From an uncultured Acidimicrobiia bacterium (GTDB taxonomy: Bacteria > Actinomycetota > Acidimicrobiia > Acidimicrobiales > JAHEJN01): a stretch of 64,000 nt of DNA. Location: positions 1,058 through 65,057 of the forward strand of contig CAXMUI010000026.1 of assembly GCA_964196475.1 (NCBI GenBank). The letters are read 5' to 3'. A model generated the notes under the pieces. It was not told the DNA's origin and made no database searches. It was given only the letters and a program-made list of their open reading frames with translations. A program made the position numbers and the translations under genes. Below are positions 36,785-46,559 of the stretch, one piece after another. Within the stretch, counting starts at the first letter, position 1. Each line of letters starts with the position of its first letter.

Positions 36785-38023
36785 CTAGTCCGCTGACGCG
36801 GAATGGTTCTGGTTGCGCAGCAGGCTCGCGACGAGCCAGGGTCGTCGCGGGTTAGCCGTGTCCCCAAGAAAGAGCACGATCCAGCCGATTGCGGCCGTCA
36901 TCACCACAGCCAGAACTACCGCCGAAGTCCGGAGTCCCGCTGCGTCGGCCAACCAACCAACCAGAATTGGACCGAGAACCGCACCGAGGTTTTGCATTGT
37001 TCCTAGTGCGGCGAAGAAAGGACCCGGTTCTGGTGGTGCGAGGTCAGCGCCCAGCGTCATCATGGTGCCGGCGCTCATTCCATTGCCTATGCCCATCACG
37101 ACTCCAGCAACGACTGCACCGGTGACCGTTGTCGTTACACCAAGAATGAGCAAACCGACGGCCAGCAATAGGAACGCCGGAATGATGGCGAATAGTCGTC
37201 CAAATCGATCCATCAACCAGCCGGCGACGGGAAATAACAGGACGTCTGCGCCGGTCCCAACCGCGACTATCGCACCCACTTGTGTGGCGGTGAGACCCAG
37301 GTCGTCGCCGATGAGGGGAACCACCACTTGGCGGCCGGTTCGCACGGTCATTACAAGCGCTGGACCGAAACCCGCAAGGAGTACAAGCTTTCGGTTTCGT
37401 CGCAATGCTTGCAGCACGGAGTCCTGAGCCCGCGCTTGGGGTTTCGGCTCGGTCGTCAGGCGGCGGTGGGCCGCAATGGTCGGCGCCATGCCGAGTGCAG
37501 TAGCGATGCCGGAGGCAAGGAACGTTGTCCGATAACCCACGGTGTCGACTAGGAATCCACCGAGCAGTGGCCCGATGAAGAACACCATTCGGTTAACGCC
37601 TCCGAGCAACGACATTCGTCGACCGCGCATGTGGGCGGCGGCCCCATGGGCAACCATTATTTGCGACGCAATCCGAATTCCTACGCTGCCCACGCCGTAG
37701 GTCATTCGAAACACGGCGAGCGCTATGACGCTAGTACTGACACCAAGAAGCACGGTTGTGACGGCCATTGCTGCGGCTGCACCAGCGAACAGTGCTGGTG
37801 GTCCCGATCTCCCAACTAGGGCGCCCGCTGGCAGTCCTCCGAGCACAGCTCCGACACCAAGTGCAGCGATGACTGCGGTTACCTGGGTATAGGACATTCC
37901 CTGGTCGCGCAGATAGAGCGGGACGACCGGCAAGAGCATGCCTCGCCCAAGTTGAGCGAGTGCCCAAGGGACGTAAATGTCGATTCCCATGCGTCGCGGC
38001 GGTATCGAAGTGGGGCGGCTCAT
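36785..38023 (-). CDS. MFS transporter
   Basis: 412 aa, about 12 TM segments, with an MFS loop motif region. Confidence 0.8.
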   Translation of the reverse strand: MSRPTSIPPRRMGIDIYVPWALAQLGRGMLLPVVPLYLRDQGMSYTQVTAVIAALGVGAVLGGLPAGALVGRSGPPALFAGAAAAMAVTTVLLGVSTSVIALAVFRMTYGVGSVGIRIASQIMVAHGAAAHMRGRRMSLLGGVNRMVFFIGPLLGGFLVDTVGYRTTFLASGIATALGMAPTIAAHRRLTTEPKPQARAQDSVLQALRRNRKLVLLAGFGPALVMTVRTGRQVVVPLIGDDLGLTATQVGAIVAVGTGADVLLFPVAGWLMDRFGRLFAIIPAFLLLAVGLLILGVTTTVTGAVVAGVVMGIGNGMSAGTMMTLGADLAPPEPGPFFAALGTMQNLGAVLGPILVGWLADAAGLRTSAVVLAVVMTAAIGWIVLFLGDTANPRRPWLVASLLRNQNHSASAD

Positions 38024-38166
38024 GAGCTAGTGGAGGGCGGAAACGAGGCGATGTCTCGCAGGGTACTTGCGAACGCAGTTGGGTTCGTCGACATGTGCCC
38101 GCGATCCGGTAAAGGTGACGTGATTCCTAGTCAGTAATGTTGCTCATCTTGAGATAGACCGAAAGC

Positions 38167-38457
38167 ATGCTTGGTTTCCTTCGTCGTATTTCGGTTATCG
38201 AATCTGTTTCCTATTTGGCTCTGCTTGTTGCGGTTATCGTCAAACGAACCGGCGGAACAGAGTTGGGTGTGCAGCTCATCGGTCCGATCCATGGTGTGTT
38301 GTTTCTCGCGTTTGTGTGGGCCGTGCTTCAGACGTTCAAACAAATTGGCTGGTCGTTTCTTCGGGCCGTGCAAGCAGTAGTTCTTGGTTCGCTGCCACTT
38401 GGTGGAATCTGGCTGGAACGTAACTGGCTCGCCGAGGCCGAGTCCGACGCTGGCTAG
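38167..38457 (+). CDS. DUF3817-domain small membrane protein
   Basis: 96 aa. ESVSYLALL...GPIHGVLFLAFVW...LGSLPLGG matches the DUF3817 pattern. Confidence 0.7.
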   Translation: MLGFLRRISVIESVSYLALLVAVIVKRTGGTELGVQLIGPIHGVLFLAFVWAVLQTFKQIGWSFLRAVQAVVLGSLPLGGIWLERNWLAEAESDAG

Positions 38458-39362
38458 GCAGGGGAAACGAGATTACTCGGAAGTTGCCGGAAGATCTGCG
38501 CAATTTCGGTGAGGAAATCGTGCAATGGAGTGGTCTTACGCCAGAACATTGCGATGTCGCGTGAAGGTACGGGTTCGGCGAACGGTACAAGCGTCAGGTG
38601 TTCGGGCTGAGGTACTGGTGGCTGGACAGACAAGTTTGGCAGCAACGTTATGCCTGCCCCTGCGGCGACCATCTGACGCAACGTCTCCAGACTGGTGGCG
38701 CGGAATCCGCTGTACTCAGTGCTGCCGGTCATCTGGCATACCGCCAAGGCCTGGTCGCGTAGGCAATGGCCTTCGGTGAGAAGTAAGACGTCGTGATCCT
38801 GTAAAACCGACGCCGGGACCGGTCCGGACTGCTTGGCCAACGTGTGGTCATCAGGAACAGCGAGGACAAAGTCCTCGGCGAACAGCGAGACGGACTCGAG
38901 ATCGTCACCGTTGACAGGCCGGGCGAGTACGACGGCGTCCAGATCGCCGTTGCGAAGTTGCCGGAGAATCTCGTCGGACTTTTCTTCGACGAGTTGGAGT
39001 TTGAGATTCGGAAACTGATCGCGGATCTGCGGGATGACGTGCGGCAGCAGGTAAGGCCCGAGGGTTGGAAACATGCCCAAACGGACGATCCCTGCCGAGG
39101 GATCCTTCATGTGGCGCGCAATGGTGACAATGTTGTCTGCCTCGCGCAACATGATCTGTGCTCGTTCAATCACAGCCTCGCCAGCGGCGGTCATGCGGAT
39201 ATGGCGGGGACTTCGTTCGATGAGCTCAACACCCAATTCGGTTTCGAGTTTTTTGATTTGCGTCGACAACGTGGGCTGACTAACAAAGCACGCCGCCGCG
39301 GCCCGGCCAAAGTGGCGGTGTTCAGCCACAGCGACGAGGTAGCGGAGATCGCGCAAGTTCAT
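38454..39362 (-). CDS. oxyR: LysR-family peroxide sensor OxyR
   Basis: Start trimmed to the ATG at 39362 (MNLRDLRYLVAVAEHRHFGRAA...). The redox Cys pair context LLTEGHCLRDQALAVC and FRATSLETLRQMVAAGAGITLLP closely parallel E. coli OxyR. Confidence 0.9.
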   Translation of the reverse strand: MNLRDLRYLVAVAEHRHFGRAAAACFVSQPTLSTQIKKLETELGVELIERSPRHIRMTAAGEAVIERAQIMLREADNIVTIARHMKDPSAGIVRLGMFPTLGPYLLPHVIPQIRDQFPNLKLQLVEEKSDEILRQLRNGDLDAVVLARPVNGDDLESVSLFAEDFVLAVPDDHTLAKQSGPVPASVLQDHDVLLLTEGHCLRDQALAVCQMTGSTEYSGFRATSLETLRQMVAAGAGITLLPNLSVQPPVPQPEHLTLVPFAEPVPSRDIAMFWRKTTPLHDFLTEIAQIFRQLPSNLVSPA

Positions 39363-39369
39363 GATTCTG

Positions 39370-40929
39370 CTACGCCGGGGCGCTTGTCCGGATGAGATGG
39401 TCGAATGCGCTGAGTGCGGCGGTAGATCCTGCACCCATCGCTATCACGATCTGCTTGTACGGCACGGTTGTGGCGTCACCAGCGGCGAATACGCCGGGTA
39501 TTGATGTTTGTCCTCGGTCGTCGATGACGATTTCGCCACGAGGCGAGAGGTCGATGGCGCCCTCGAGCCACTCGGTGTTGGGTAGCAACCCGATCTGGAC
39601 GAAGATGCCATTGAGGTCGACTTGATGGCGCTCGTCAGTGGTTCGGTCGGTGTAGGTAAGTCCGGTGACTTGTTCGCCGTCGCCAAGTACTTCGGTCGTA
39701 GCGGCGGACAAAATTACGGTCACATTGGGCAGGCTGTAGAGCTTGCGTTGGAGGACATCGTCGGCCAGCAGGGCGTCGGCGAATTCGAGCACGGTGACGT
39801 GCGACGTAATTCCGGCCAGGTCGATGGCTGCTTCGATTCCGGAGTTACCTCCACCGACAACGGCGACGGGCTTGCCCTTGAAAAGCGGCCCATCACAATG
39901 GGGGCAATAGGCGACGCCCTTGTTGAGATATTCATCCTCGCCCGGGACATTGAGGTGACGCCAGCGCGCCCCGGTGGACAAGATGACTGATCGTGAGGTG
40001 AGTTGGGCGCCATTGGCCAAACCCACGGTTATTTCTCCGGAGTCACTCTGGCTGAGTGACTCGGCCCGTTGAAGATTCATAACGTCGACATCATATTCGA
40101 ATACATGCGTTTCGAGGGCCGATGCCAATTTCGGGCCGTCGGTTTTCGGTACAGATACAAGGTTCTCGATGCTCATCGTGTCGAGGACCTGACCGCCGAA
40201 TCGCTCGGCCACCACACCAGTGTTGATGCCTTTGCGCGCCGCGTAGATCGCAGCCGATGCGCCGGCGGGTCCGCCGCCGACAACGAGTACATCGAACGTT
40301 TCTTTGCCGTTGAGTGTGTCGACCATGCGGTCTGCGCTCGCGGTGTCGAGCTTGTTGACGATTTGCTCGAGGGTCATACGGCCCTGATCGAACTTCTCGC
40401 CATTGAGAAAAATCATCGGAACGGCAAGAATCTTGCGTTCCTCGACCTCGTCTTGGAAAAGAGCGCCGTCGATCGCGGTGTGGGTGATACCGGGATTGAG
40501 AACGCTCATGAGGTTGAGGGCTTGGACCACATCGGGGCAGCTTCGGCAGGTGAGGGAAAAGAACGTTTCGAAGGCGTATGTGCCTTCGAGTGACTGAATT
40601 TGTGCGACCAACTCATCGGAGGCTTTACCTGGATGGCCTCCCACGTGCAGTAGCGCCAACACAAGTGAGGTGAATTCGTGGCCGAGAGGCAGTCCAGCAA
40701 ATTCAACGGAGGTTTGGCTGTCGATGCGGCTGATGATGAATGATGGTGTGCGTTTCCCAGTGCCGTCGAAGCGGGCGGTGACTTGTTCGGACGTGCTGGC
40801 AATTTGGTTGAGGAGTTCTACCAGTTGGGTGGAGTCGGCCGATTGGTCGGTTGTAGCGACGAGTTCGATCGGGGTCCGGATATTGGTGAGGTGGGTGGTG
40901 AGTTGACCAACCAGGGCGTCGTTAAGCAT
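39370..40929 (-). CDS. ahpF: alkyl hydroperoxide reductase subunit F
   Basis: 519 aa with an N-terminal thioredoxin-like CxxC (CRSCPD), an FAD GxGxxG (VVGGGPAG) and a CPHCDG redox centre. Confidence 0.92.
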   Translation of the reverse strand: MLNDALVGQLTTHLTNIRTPIELVATTDQSADSTQLVELLNQIASTSEQVTARFDGTGKRTPSFIISRIDSQTSVEFAGLPLGHEFTSLVLALLHVGGHPGKASDELVAQIQSLEGTYAFETFFSLTCRSCPDVVQALNLMSVLNPGITHTAIDGALFQDEVEERKILAVPMIFLNGEKFDQGRMTLEQIVNKLDTASADRMVDTLNGKETFDVLVVGGGPAGASAAIYAARKGINTGVVAERFGGQVLDTMSIENLVSVPKTDGPKLASALETHVFEYDVDVMNLQRAESLSQSDSGEITVGLANGAQLTSRSVILSTGARWRHLNVPGEDEYLNKGVAYCPHCDGPLFKGKPVAVVGGGNSGIEAAIDLAGITSHVTVLEFADALLADDVLQRKLYSLPNVTVILSAATTEVLGDGEQVTGLTYTDRTTDERHQVDLNGIFVQIGLLPNTEWLEGAIDLSPRGEIVIDDRGQTSIPGVFAAGDATTVPYKQIVIAMGAGSTAALSAFDHLIRTSAPA

Positions 40930-40983
40930 GGCTTGGAGTCCATTCTTCTATAGAAGAAAGCGGGGGGAAGAAAGAGTGACCGA

Positions 40984-41021
40984 GCCGCCGTATCGCATCG
41001 GAGGGTTTGCGATACGGCGGC
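40984..41021 (-). terminator. 14-bp stem hairpin between ahpC and ahpF (attenuator / partial terminator candidate)
   Basis: GCCGCCGTATCGCA-N10-TGCGATACGGCGGC, read directly. On the minus-strand transcript it is followed by a U-rich CUCUUUCUU stretch. Confidence 0.5.
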
Positions 41022-41039
41022 CTGGGTAACACGTGTGAC

Positions 41040-41603
41040 TTAGATCTTGCCTACGAGATCAAGGGAGGGAGCGAGGGTGGCGTCGCCGGCTTCCCAAGCT
41101 GCTGGGCAAACCTCGTTGGGGTTCTCGCGTACGTACTGAGCTGCCTTGATTTTACGAAGGAGTTCGGAGGCACTGCGACCGATATTGCCGGCGTTGAGTT
41201 CGGTGACCTGAATGATGCCGTCGGGGTCGATGACGAAGGTGCCGCGCTCAGCAAGACCCTTGGCCTTGATGAGCACTTCGAAGTTTTTGGAGATGCGGCC
41301 GGTTGGGTCGCCCACCATGGGGTAGTTGATTTTGGCGATGGTCTCAGATGTGTCGTGCCACGCCTTGTGGGCGAAGTGGGTGTCGGTTGACACTGAGTAG
41401 ATCTCGACACCGATTTCCTGGAACTGAGCGTAAGCATCGGCAAGGTCACCGAGTTCGGTGGGGCAGATGAAGGTGAAGTTGGCGGGGTAGAAGAACACAA
41501 CGGACCAGCCACCCTTGAGGGTTTCGTCGGTTACGGCGATCTGTTCTCCGTTGTGGTACGCCGTTGCGGCGAAGGGAAGAATTTCGGTGTCAAGAAGGGA
41601 CAT
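41040..41603 (-). CDS. ahpC: peroxiredoxin AhpC (typical 2-Cys)
   Basis: 187 aa. [13 protein letters not shown] holds the peroxidatic Cys and EVCPAAW the resolving Cys. Confidence 0.93.
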   Translation of the reverse strand: MSLLDTEILPFAATAYHNGEQIAVTDETLKGGWSVVFFYPANFTFICPTELGDLADAYAQFQEIGVEIYSVSTDTHFAHKAWHDTSETIAKINYPMVGDPTGRISKNFEVLIKAKGLAERGTFVIDPDGIIQVTELNAGNIGRSASELLRKIKAAQYVRENPNEVCPAAWEAGDATLAPSLDLVGKI

Positions 41604-41664
41604 TTGTAAAGCCTTGTATGTAGTGATCTGTTTGAACAGTCATCATTGTACGCGGCAGCACAGA

Positions 41665-41701
41665 ATATAGATGTTCGATTGACTTGATCGAATCGATTGA
41701 C
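41665..41701. promoter_or_regulatory. candidate OxyR/LysR operator region upstream of ahpC
   Basis: AT-rich stretch with the direct repeat TCGATTGAC (x2) and the inverted repeat TTCGAT-N7-ATCGAA. Assignment to OxyR is by context only. Confidence 0.3.
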
Positions 41702-41753
41702 AACACCTATGACGACGCGAAGCTGATGGTCGCTCTGTTACGACGTGTCGCAG

Positions 41754-44501
41754 CTACTCGCTGGCTTCGAGTAGCTGTAAAAGGTACTGATCAGCTGAGC
41801 GATACATTTGCCGGGCGCTACATCCGTCTTGGCTGGCGCTGGCGCCGTCGGGCCGCGAGCCGATAGTGAACGGGTTCTCGGTGTAACCCATATCTGGGCT
41901 GGCTAGGGGATCGCTGTAGACCTCGATCCAGCTGTCTTCAGCACAGGAAACGCGCTGTATGAGAACCGAGCGGACCAGAAGGTCTTCGGGGATGGAGAGG
42001 TCGGTGACGACTTCGGGAAGGTTCGCTCGTCCTGGATCAAGGCTGCGAGCTTGCTTGATTACCAACTGGGTTGCGTTAGTGGCGGAACCAGACCAGGCAC
42101 CCGCCATCGTCTTGAACTCAAAGTCAAGGGTGATGACCTGTCGATGCAGATCCGTGGCGAGACCAACATTCAAACGTTCCCGCCACAAAATCGCAATGGA
42201 GAACAAGTCATCGAACAAGCGAGTTGTGGTCGTATCACCCAGAACCGCGGCACCACCAGGAATCGTGGACTCCGCCAGTCGCGTAATAGTGACGCTTTCG
42301 TTTGCGGAACGAACTTCAATAATCTCGGGCAGTTGAAAATCGGTGGGATCGGGATTGGTAACACTGACCGCGCCGCGCTGTGTATTGATTGTGAGGAGTG
42401 CGCCACCACCCTGACCAGTGGGAAGCAACGTGAGCGTCGCCACGCCGTTGTTGATCTCGTGCTCATCATCGAAGCGGGCATGAACCAGTAACGCCATAGC
42501 GCCGCTGCGATGTTCGACGTTTTCAAGATTGCGTTCCTCAAATGCTTCGACCCCCCAGTACGACGCCCAGGTCTTCTTGATGGCCCACTCAATCGTCCGT
42601 TTCTGGTCCTTCTCTGGTTGGCTTTCTGGGTGTAAATAGCCGGTATTTGAGTCGTAGAGCCCGGCTCCGCTAAAGCCCTCAATGTCCTCCACCGTGCTGG
42701 AGGATCGGAACCGCAGACCTTGACCCTCGGGGTAGCGGCCAAAGGTAGTTTCCAGTTCGGACTCGATCTGAGCCAACGTCTGCGCCGTTATGGGGACAGC
42801 TCGAAAGAGGGCCTTAAAGCCACCAGCAGCCAGTATGTCGCCCAATGGCGATCCGGCAGGATGACTGGCGGTGTAGTCGCGGGCGAATTTGACATCGTTG
42901 GTGTCCGCGTAGACGTCGGCGTAGTCGCTCGGACCCTCCAGCAGCAGGTAACGCAGGCGGGCCTCATCGCCGAACTTGGGATCCTCAAGCATGGCATTGA
43001 GTTCGCGACTCACGAGTGCCAGGTGTTCGAGGTACGGGGCGGTGCTGACAGCTAAAGGTGTTTCCGGAGTGGTTACCCCCGCCGTAAGCAAGCTGAGGAA
43101 GCCGGTGGCTTTGCCACCGATGGTGAGGCGCCACGGATCAAGGTCGGTGTCGGAACCGATAGTTGGTGCAATGTCAGTGAGGTTGATGACCATCGGCACT
43201 GATGCTGGATCAACATACGGAACCGAGATGGCGGACCGTGATTGCAGGTTGACCCACTCTTCGTATTGCGCCTTGGTGATTAGCTCTATCTCGAGGGTGT
43301 TTGCCTCGGCCCGAACGATGGCGTAGGCGCTGCCACGAGCCGCCTGACGGATCTCGGCGTCGAACAAGACACCGGCCTGAGAAGCGTTGGGGATGCCCCG
43401 GTTACGGGCCAACAGATTGACGTGCGCCAGTGGTGTTTGGGGAGCCGAAGAGATGAGGGCTGCCGCCGGGGGAAGCCAATCAGGAACGGTGTCTACCAAC
43501 AAGATTCGGTCGGCCGTGGAGTCGGTCAATTCGGCCCTGCCGTCCTCGATGAGGAGGAGACGCCCGGCGGTAATGCCTTCGTTGTAAACGGCAACAGTCC
43601 CGGGACGGACGAGTTCGGAATAGCGCACGATCTGGTCGGCGTAGGGTGCTTCGTCCGTCTGCATTTCTACCGCAAGCGCCTCTTGCGTGGGGGAGCGGAC
43701 TACCCACTCGAGTGCATCGGCAATCTCGGTGGGAAGGCGGGCACCGAGAACCTCAAAAAAGCGAACCATCTCGATTGGATTGACGTCATCGGAGTATTCG
43801 AGTTCGAATAGCCACCGCTCACGAAGATCGCCATCGGCCGGCCGGTAAATGACGGTGCCTAGACCGTAGTTACGAGGGTCGGTGTGCAAGCCGAGAGAAT
43901 AGAAATTGTTCGAATAGAGTCTCTGGCGTCCCAGCGAGGCACTGTCCGTCCAGCGAAGATCGAGGGGCAAATCGCCTGGAGGGGTATCGCTGAAGCGCTC
44001 GTAGATGGCCTCAACAGTGGCAAACTGCTCGCCCGCATAGACGGTGGCGTCGCTGTTCGGAATGGTCTTGCCATTCAACAGGCGAAACCAGTACCACTCG
44101 TCGTGCAGTGCATAAAAGTTACTGTCGGCAAAATTGACGGCATTGTCCGCCAACATGTTGGGAATGGTGAACTTGACTGCCGCAGTGCCGTCAGGGCTGC
44201 GGTTGGCCAGAGCGAAGAACTCGTCCGTCGAGTTGATGGACGCAACGGTGTGGTCGTTGAAGCCATCGGCATCGAGACGGACCGGAACTTGAACAGTTGG
44301 CGTCGGCGTCACCGAAGATTCTGGGGTTGGGGTTGGAATTTTCGGTGGGGCAGTCGTGGGCTCCACTGTTGGTTCGCCTTGCGGAGGCGGCTCTTGCGCT
44401 TGTTCCGCAGGAGTACTGCTGCACGCCAAAAAAGTCAAGGGGGCGATCAACGCGAGGGCGAGCCAAAAATGAAACGGCGAGTGGTGACGATTGTTGCGCA
44501 T
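41754..44501 (-). CDS. predicted lipoprotein with PEP-utilising swivel-like and PPDK_N (ATP-grasp-like) domains
   Basis: 915 aa. Signal plus lipobox-like LTFLAC, then a Pro/Thr/Glu linker. The mid region ILLVDTVPDWLPPAAALISSAPQTPLAHVNLLARNRGIPNA resembles a phosphohistidine swivel. Later GGKATGFLSLL, RFRSSSTVEDIEGFSGAGLYDS and WASYWGVEAFEER resemble the PPDK_N domain. Confidence 0.7.
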   Translation of the reverse strand: MRNNRHHSPFHFWLALALIAPLTFLACSSTPAEQAQEPPPQGEPTVEPTTAPPKIPTPTPESSVTPTPTVQVPVRLDADGFNDHTVASINSTDEFFALANRSPDGTAAVKFTIPNMLADNAVNFADSNFYALHDEWYWFRLLNGKTIPNSDATVYAGEQFATVEAIYERFSDTPPGDLPLDLRWTDSASLGRQRLYSNNFYSLGLHTDPRNYGLGTVIYRPADGDLRERWLFELEYSDDVNPIEMVRFFEVLGARLPTEIADALEWVVRSPTQEALAVEMQTDEAPYADQIVRYSELVRPGTVAVYNEGITAGRLLLIEDGRAELTDSTADRILLVDTVPDWLPPAAALISSAPQTPLAHVNLLARNRGIPNASQAGVLFDAEIRQAARGSAYAIVRAEANTLEIELITKAQYEEWVNLQSRSAISVPYVDPASVPMVINLTDIAPTIGSDTDLDPWRLTIGGKATGFLSLLTAGVTTPETPLAVSTAPYLEHLALVSRELNAMLEDPKFGDEARLRYLLLEGPSDYADVYADTNDVKFARDYTASHPAGSPLGDILAAGGFKALFRAVPITAQTLAQIESELETTFGRYPEGQGLRFRSSSTVEDIEGFSGAGLYDSNTGYLHPESQPEKDQKRTIEWAIKKTWASYWGVEAFEERNLENVEHRSGAMALLVHARFDDEHEINNGVATLTLLPTGQGGGALLTINTQRGAVSVTNPDPTDFQLPEIIEVRSANESVTITRLAESTIPGGAAVLGDTTTTRLFDDLFSIAILWRERLNVGLATDLHRQVITLDFEFKTMAGAWSGSATNATQLVIKQARSLDPGRANLPEVVTDLSIPEDLLVRSVLIQRVSCAEDSWIEVYSDPLASPDMGYTENPFTIGSRPDGASASQDGCSARQMYRSADQYLLQLLEASE

Positions 44502-44604
44502 TGTTTTCTATGACGACGCTACGCCATCGGTGGTTCCCGGGGGAGGCAATCGACGGACCCCATTAATGCCGGTGTGCAAAGCCGACCTTGCCTACAGTCA
44601 AGGG

Positions 44605-45420
44605 ATGCCTACCGAACAAGAAATCATTTCTGCCACGAGCACGCCCGGAACGATTGTTTCGCTCACCGCTGATCTCGTCGCGCTGGGTCTAGAACAGAGT
44701 GACGTCGTGGTTGTCCACTCATCGCTTTCGTCATTGGGGTGGGTCGCTGGTGGGGCACAGGCGGTAATCGAAGCGTTGTTTATGGCAGTCGGAACCTCGG
44801 GCACCATCGTGATGCCAAGCCAGACGGGGCATTTGACTGATCCTGCGAATTGGAGCCATCCGCCCGTGCCAGCGGCGTGGTTTCCTAGCATTCGTGACCA
44901 CACTCCGGCCTTCGATCGCAATATCACGCCACCCCGTCAGATGGGCAAAATTGTCGAGTCGTTCCTTCAACACCCGGACACGGTGCGGAGTGACCACCCG
45001 ACGGTTTCCTTTGCCGCCCGGGGAAGCCAGGCAGACGAGATTGTGGCATCACATCCTCTAGTCCCCGAGTTAGGTGTTACCTCGCCGGTGGGCTGGCTAT
45101 ATCAAAATCGGGCCAAAGTGCTGTTGCTTGGCGTTACCCATGGCAACAATACGTCGCTGCACCTGGCCGAGTATCGAGCAACGTGGCCGAGCAAGGCAAC
45201 CCGCCAGACGGGCGCGCCGATGATCGTTGATGGAATCCGCCAGTGGGTGGCCTACGAGGACATAGCCATGAACGACGACGACTTCGAAGTCATCGGCGAT
45301 GCGTTCGCCGAGACCGGCGCCGAATCGGCTGGTCCCGTAGGTATTGGAACGGGACGCTTGTGCAACCAACACGAAGTTGTGGACTTTGCCACCGATTGGA
45401 TGAACCTCAATCGCAGTTAA
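44605..45420 (+). CDS. AAC(3)-family aminoglycoside N-acetyltransferase-like protein
   Basis: Start trimmed to the ATG at 44605. VVVHSSLSSLGWVAGGAQAVIEAL, GTIVMPSQT and GNNTSLHLAEY are typical of the Antibiotic_NAT family. Confidence 0.8.
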   Translation: MPTEQEIISATSTPGTIVSLTADLVALGLEQSDVVVVHSSLSSLGWVAGGAQAVIEALFMAVGTSGTIVMPSQTGHLTDPANWSHPPVPAAWFPSIRDHTPAFDRNITPPRQMGKIVESFLQHPDTVRSDHPTVSFAARGSQADEIVASHPLVPELGVTSPVGWLYQNRAKVLLLGVTHGNNTSLHLAEYRATWPSKATRQTGAPMIVDGIRQWVAYEDIAMNDDDFEVIGDAFAETGAESAGPVGIGTGRLCNQHEVVDFATDWMNLNRS

Positions 45421-46004
45421 TTGGAGGACAATTTGATCGCGGAAAGTACCGCATCAGCCACCTCGTCCGGCGTACGCCCTGAAGTATTTACTTGTGGGAA
45501 TTTGGCGTAAGCATCAGCTCGTTCAGCCAGCAGATTGGCGATCTGACCGAATGGATCTTCGCCGGAAAGTAACGGTCGGTCCGGTCCGTCGGTGTCGGCG
45601 GTTACCCGAGCATAGATCTCGTCGATGGTGGCGGTGAGGCACACGATCTTGCCATTGGCTTGCAGTGCGGCGGCGTTATTTGGGTCGAGAGCCATACGCC
45701 CGCCGGTAGCAATGACTTGGCCGTCGTCGCCCCCCAGCATGGCCGCGGCACCTCGTTCCAGGAGACGAAAGGTTTCCTCGCCTTGCTCGGCAAAGATGGT
45801 GGCGATGGGGCCATGAATATGCTCAATGAACGCATCGGTGTCCATGAATTCGTAGCCCAGGCGTTCGGCCAGAATTCGGCCCACGGTCGACTTGCCCGTC
45901 CCCATAAAACCGGTGAGAACTACGTTTGGGCGTTGGCGTGGGGTGGCACTGGTCATAGGTCGACACGATAGTTGCCCGCCTTCCGTGTCGTTCTCGTTTA
46001 TCAT
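45417..46004 (-). CDS. aroK: shikimate kinase
   Basis: VVLTGFMGTGKSTVGRILAERLGYEFMDTD carries the P-loop and Mg Asp. The true start may be the internal ATG at 45956. Confidence 0.85.
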   Translation of the reverse strand: MINENDTEGGQLSCRPMTSATPRQRPNVVLTGFMGTGKSTVGRILAERLGYEFMDTDAFIEHIHGPIATIFAEQGEETFRLLERGAAAMLGGDDGQVIATGGRMALDPNNAAALQANGKIVCLTATIDEIYARVTADTDGPDRPLLSGEDPFGQIANLLAERADAYAKFPQVNTSGRTPDEVADAVLSAIKLSSN

Positions 46005-46011
46005 CGTCGAT

Positions 46012-46452
46012 GTGACTCACGAGATTCTCATCCTCAACGGACCCAACCTCAACCTGCTGGGCGAACGCGAACCCGACGTGTATGGCCACGAGACCTTGGC
46101 GGACATCTTGGCCGATCTCGGCGACTTCGCCGCTGAGCGGGGTGCGACCCTGCGAAACTTCCAGTCCAATGTTGAGGGTGACCTCATCAACGCCTTACAC
46201 GAATGCCGATCGTGGGCCGCTGGGGTCGTCTTTAACCCGGGGGCATTTACCCATACTTCGATCGCCTTACGCGATGCGGTAGCCGGAATCGAACTGCCGG
46301 TCGTCGAAACCCACCTCTCTAACGTCCATGCTCGCGAAGAATTTCGTCACACGTCGGTTCTGAGTGCGGTGTGCCTCGGAGTGGTCGGTGGTTTCGGTCG
46401 GCACAGCTACTTCGCGGCACTCGACGGTCTCATCCGTCACCTCGACACCTAG
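46012..46452 (+). CDS. aroQ: type II 3-dehydroquinate dehydratase
   Basis: ILILNGPNLNLLGEREPDVYG and the HLSNVHAREEFR motif are present. I chose the GTG start at 46012 because the ORF-track N-terminus overlaps aroK. Confidence 0.85.
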   Translation: MTHEILILNGPNLNLLGEREPDVYGHETLADILADLGDFAAERGATLRNFQSNVEGDLINALHECRSWAAGVVFNPGAFTHTSIALRDAVAGIELPVVETHLSNVHAREEFRHTSVLSAVCLGVVGGFGRHSYFAALDGLIRHLDT

Positions 46453-46487
46453 CCAACCCGGCCACTTCATCTCGTTCTCGTCGTCGT

Positions 46488-46548
46488 TTTCTCGTTCTCG
46501 GAGTGGTGGCAGTGCGGAACGCACTGCCACCACTCCGAGAACGAGAAA
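46488..46548. repeat. perfect 29-bp-arm inverted repeat with a 3-nt spacer, between convergent genes
   Basis: Base-by-base pairing of 46488-46516 with 46520-46548 was verified by eye. No flanking U-tract exists on either strand. The direct repeat CTCGTTCTCG occurs at 46471 and 46491. Confidence 0.9.
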
Positions 46549-46559
46549 TATTGGCGGGT

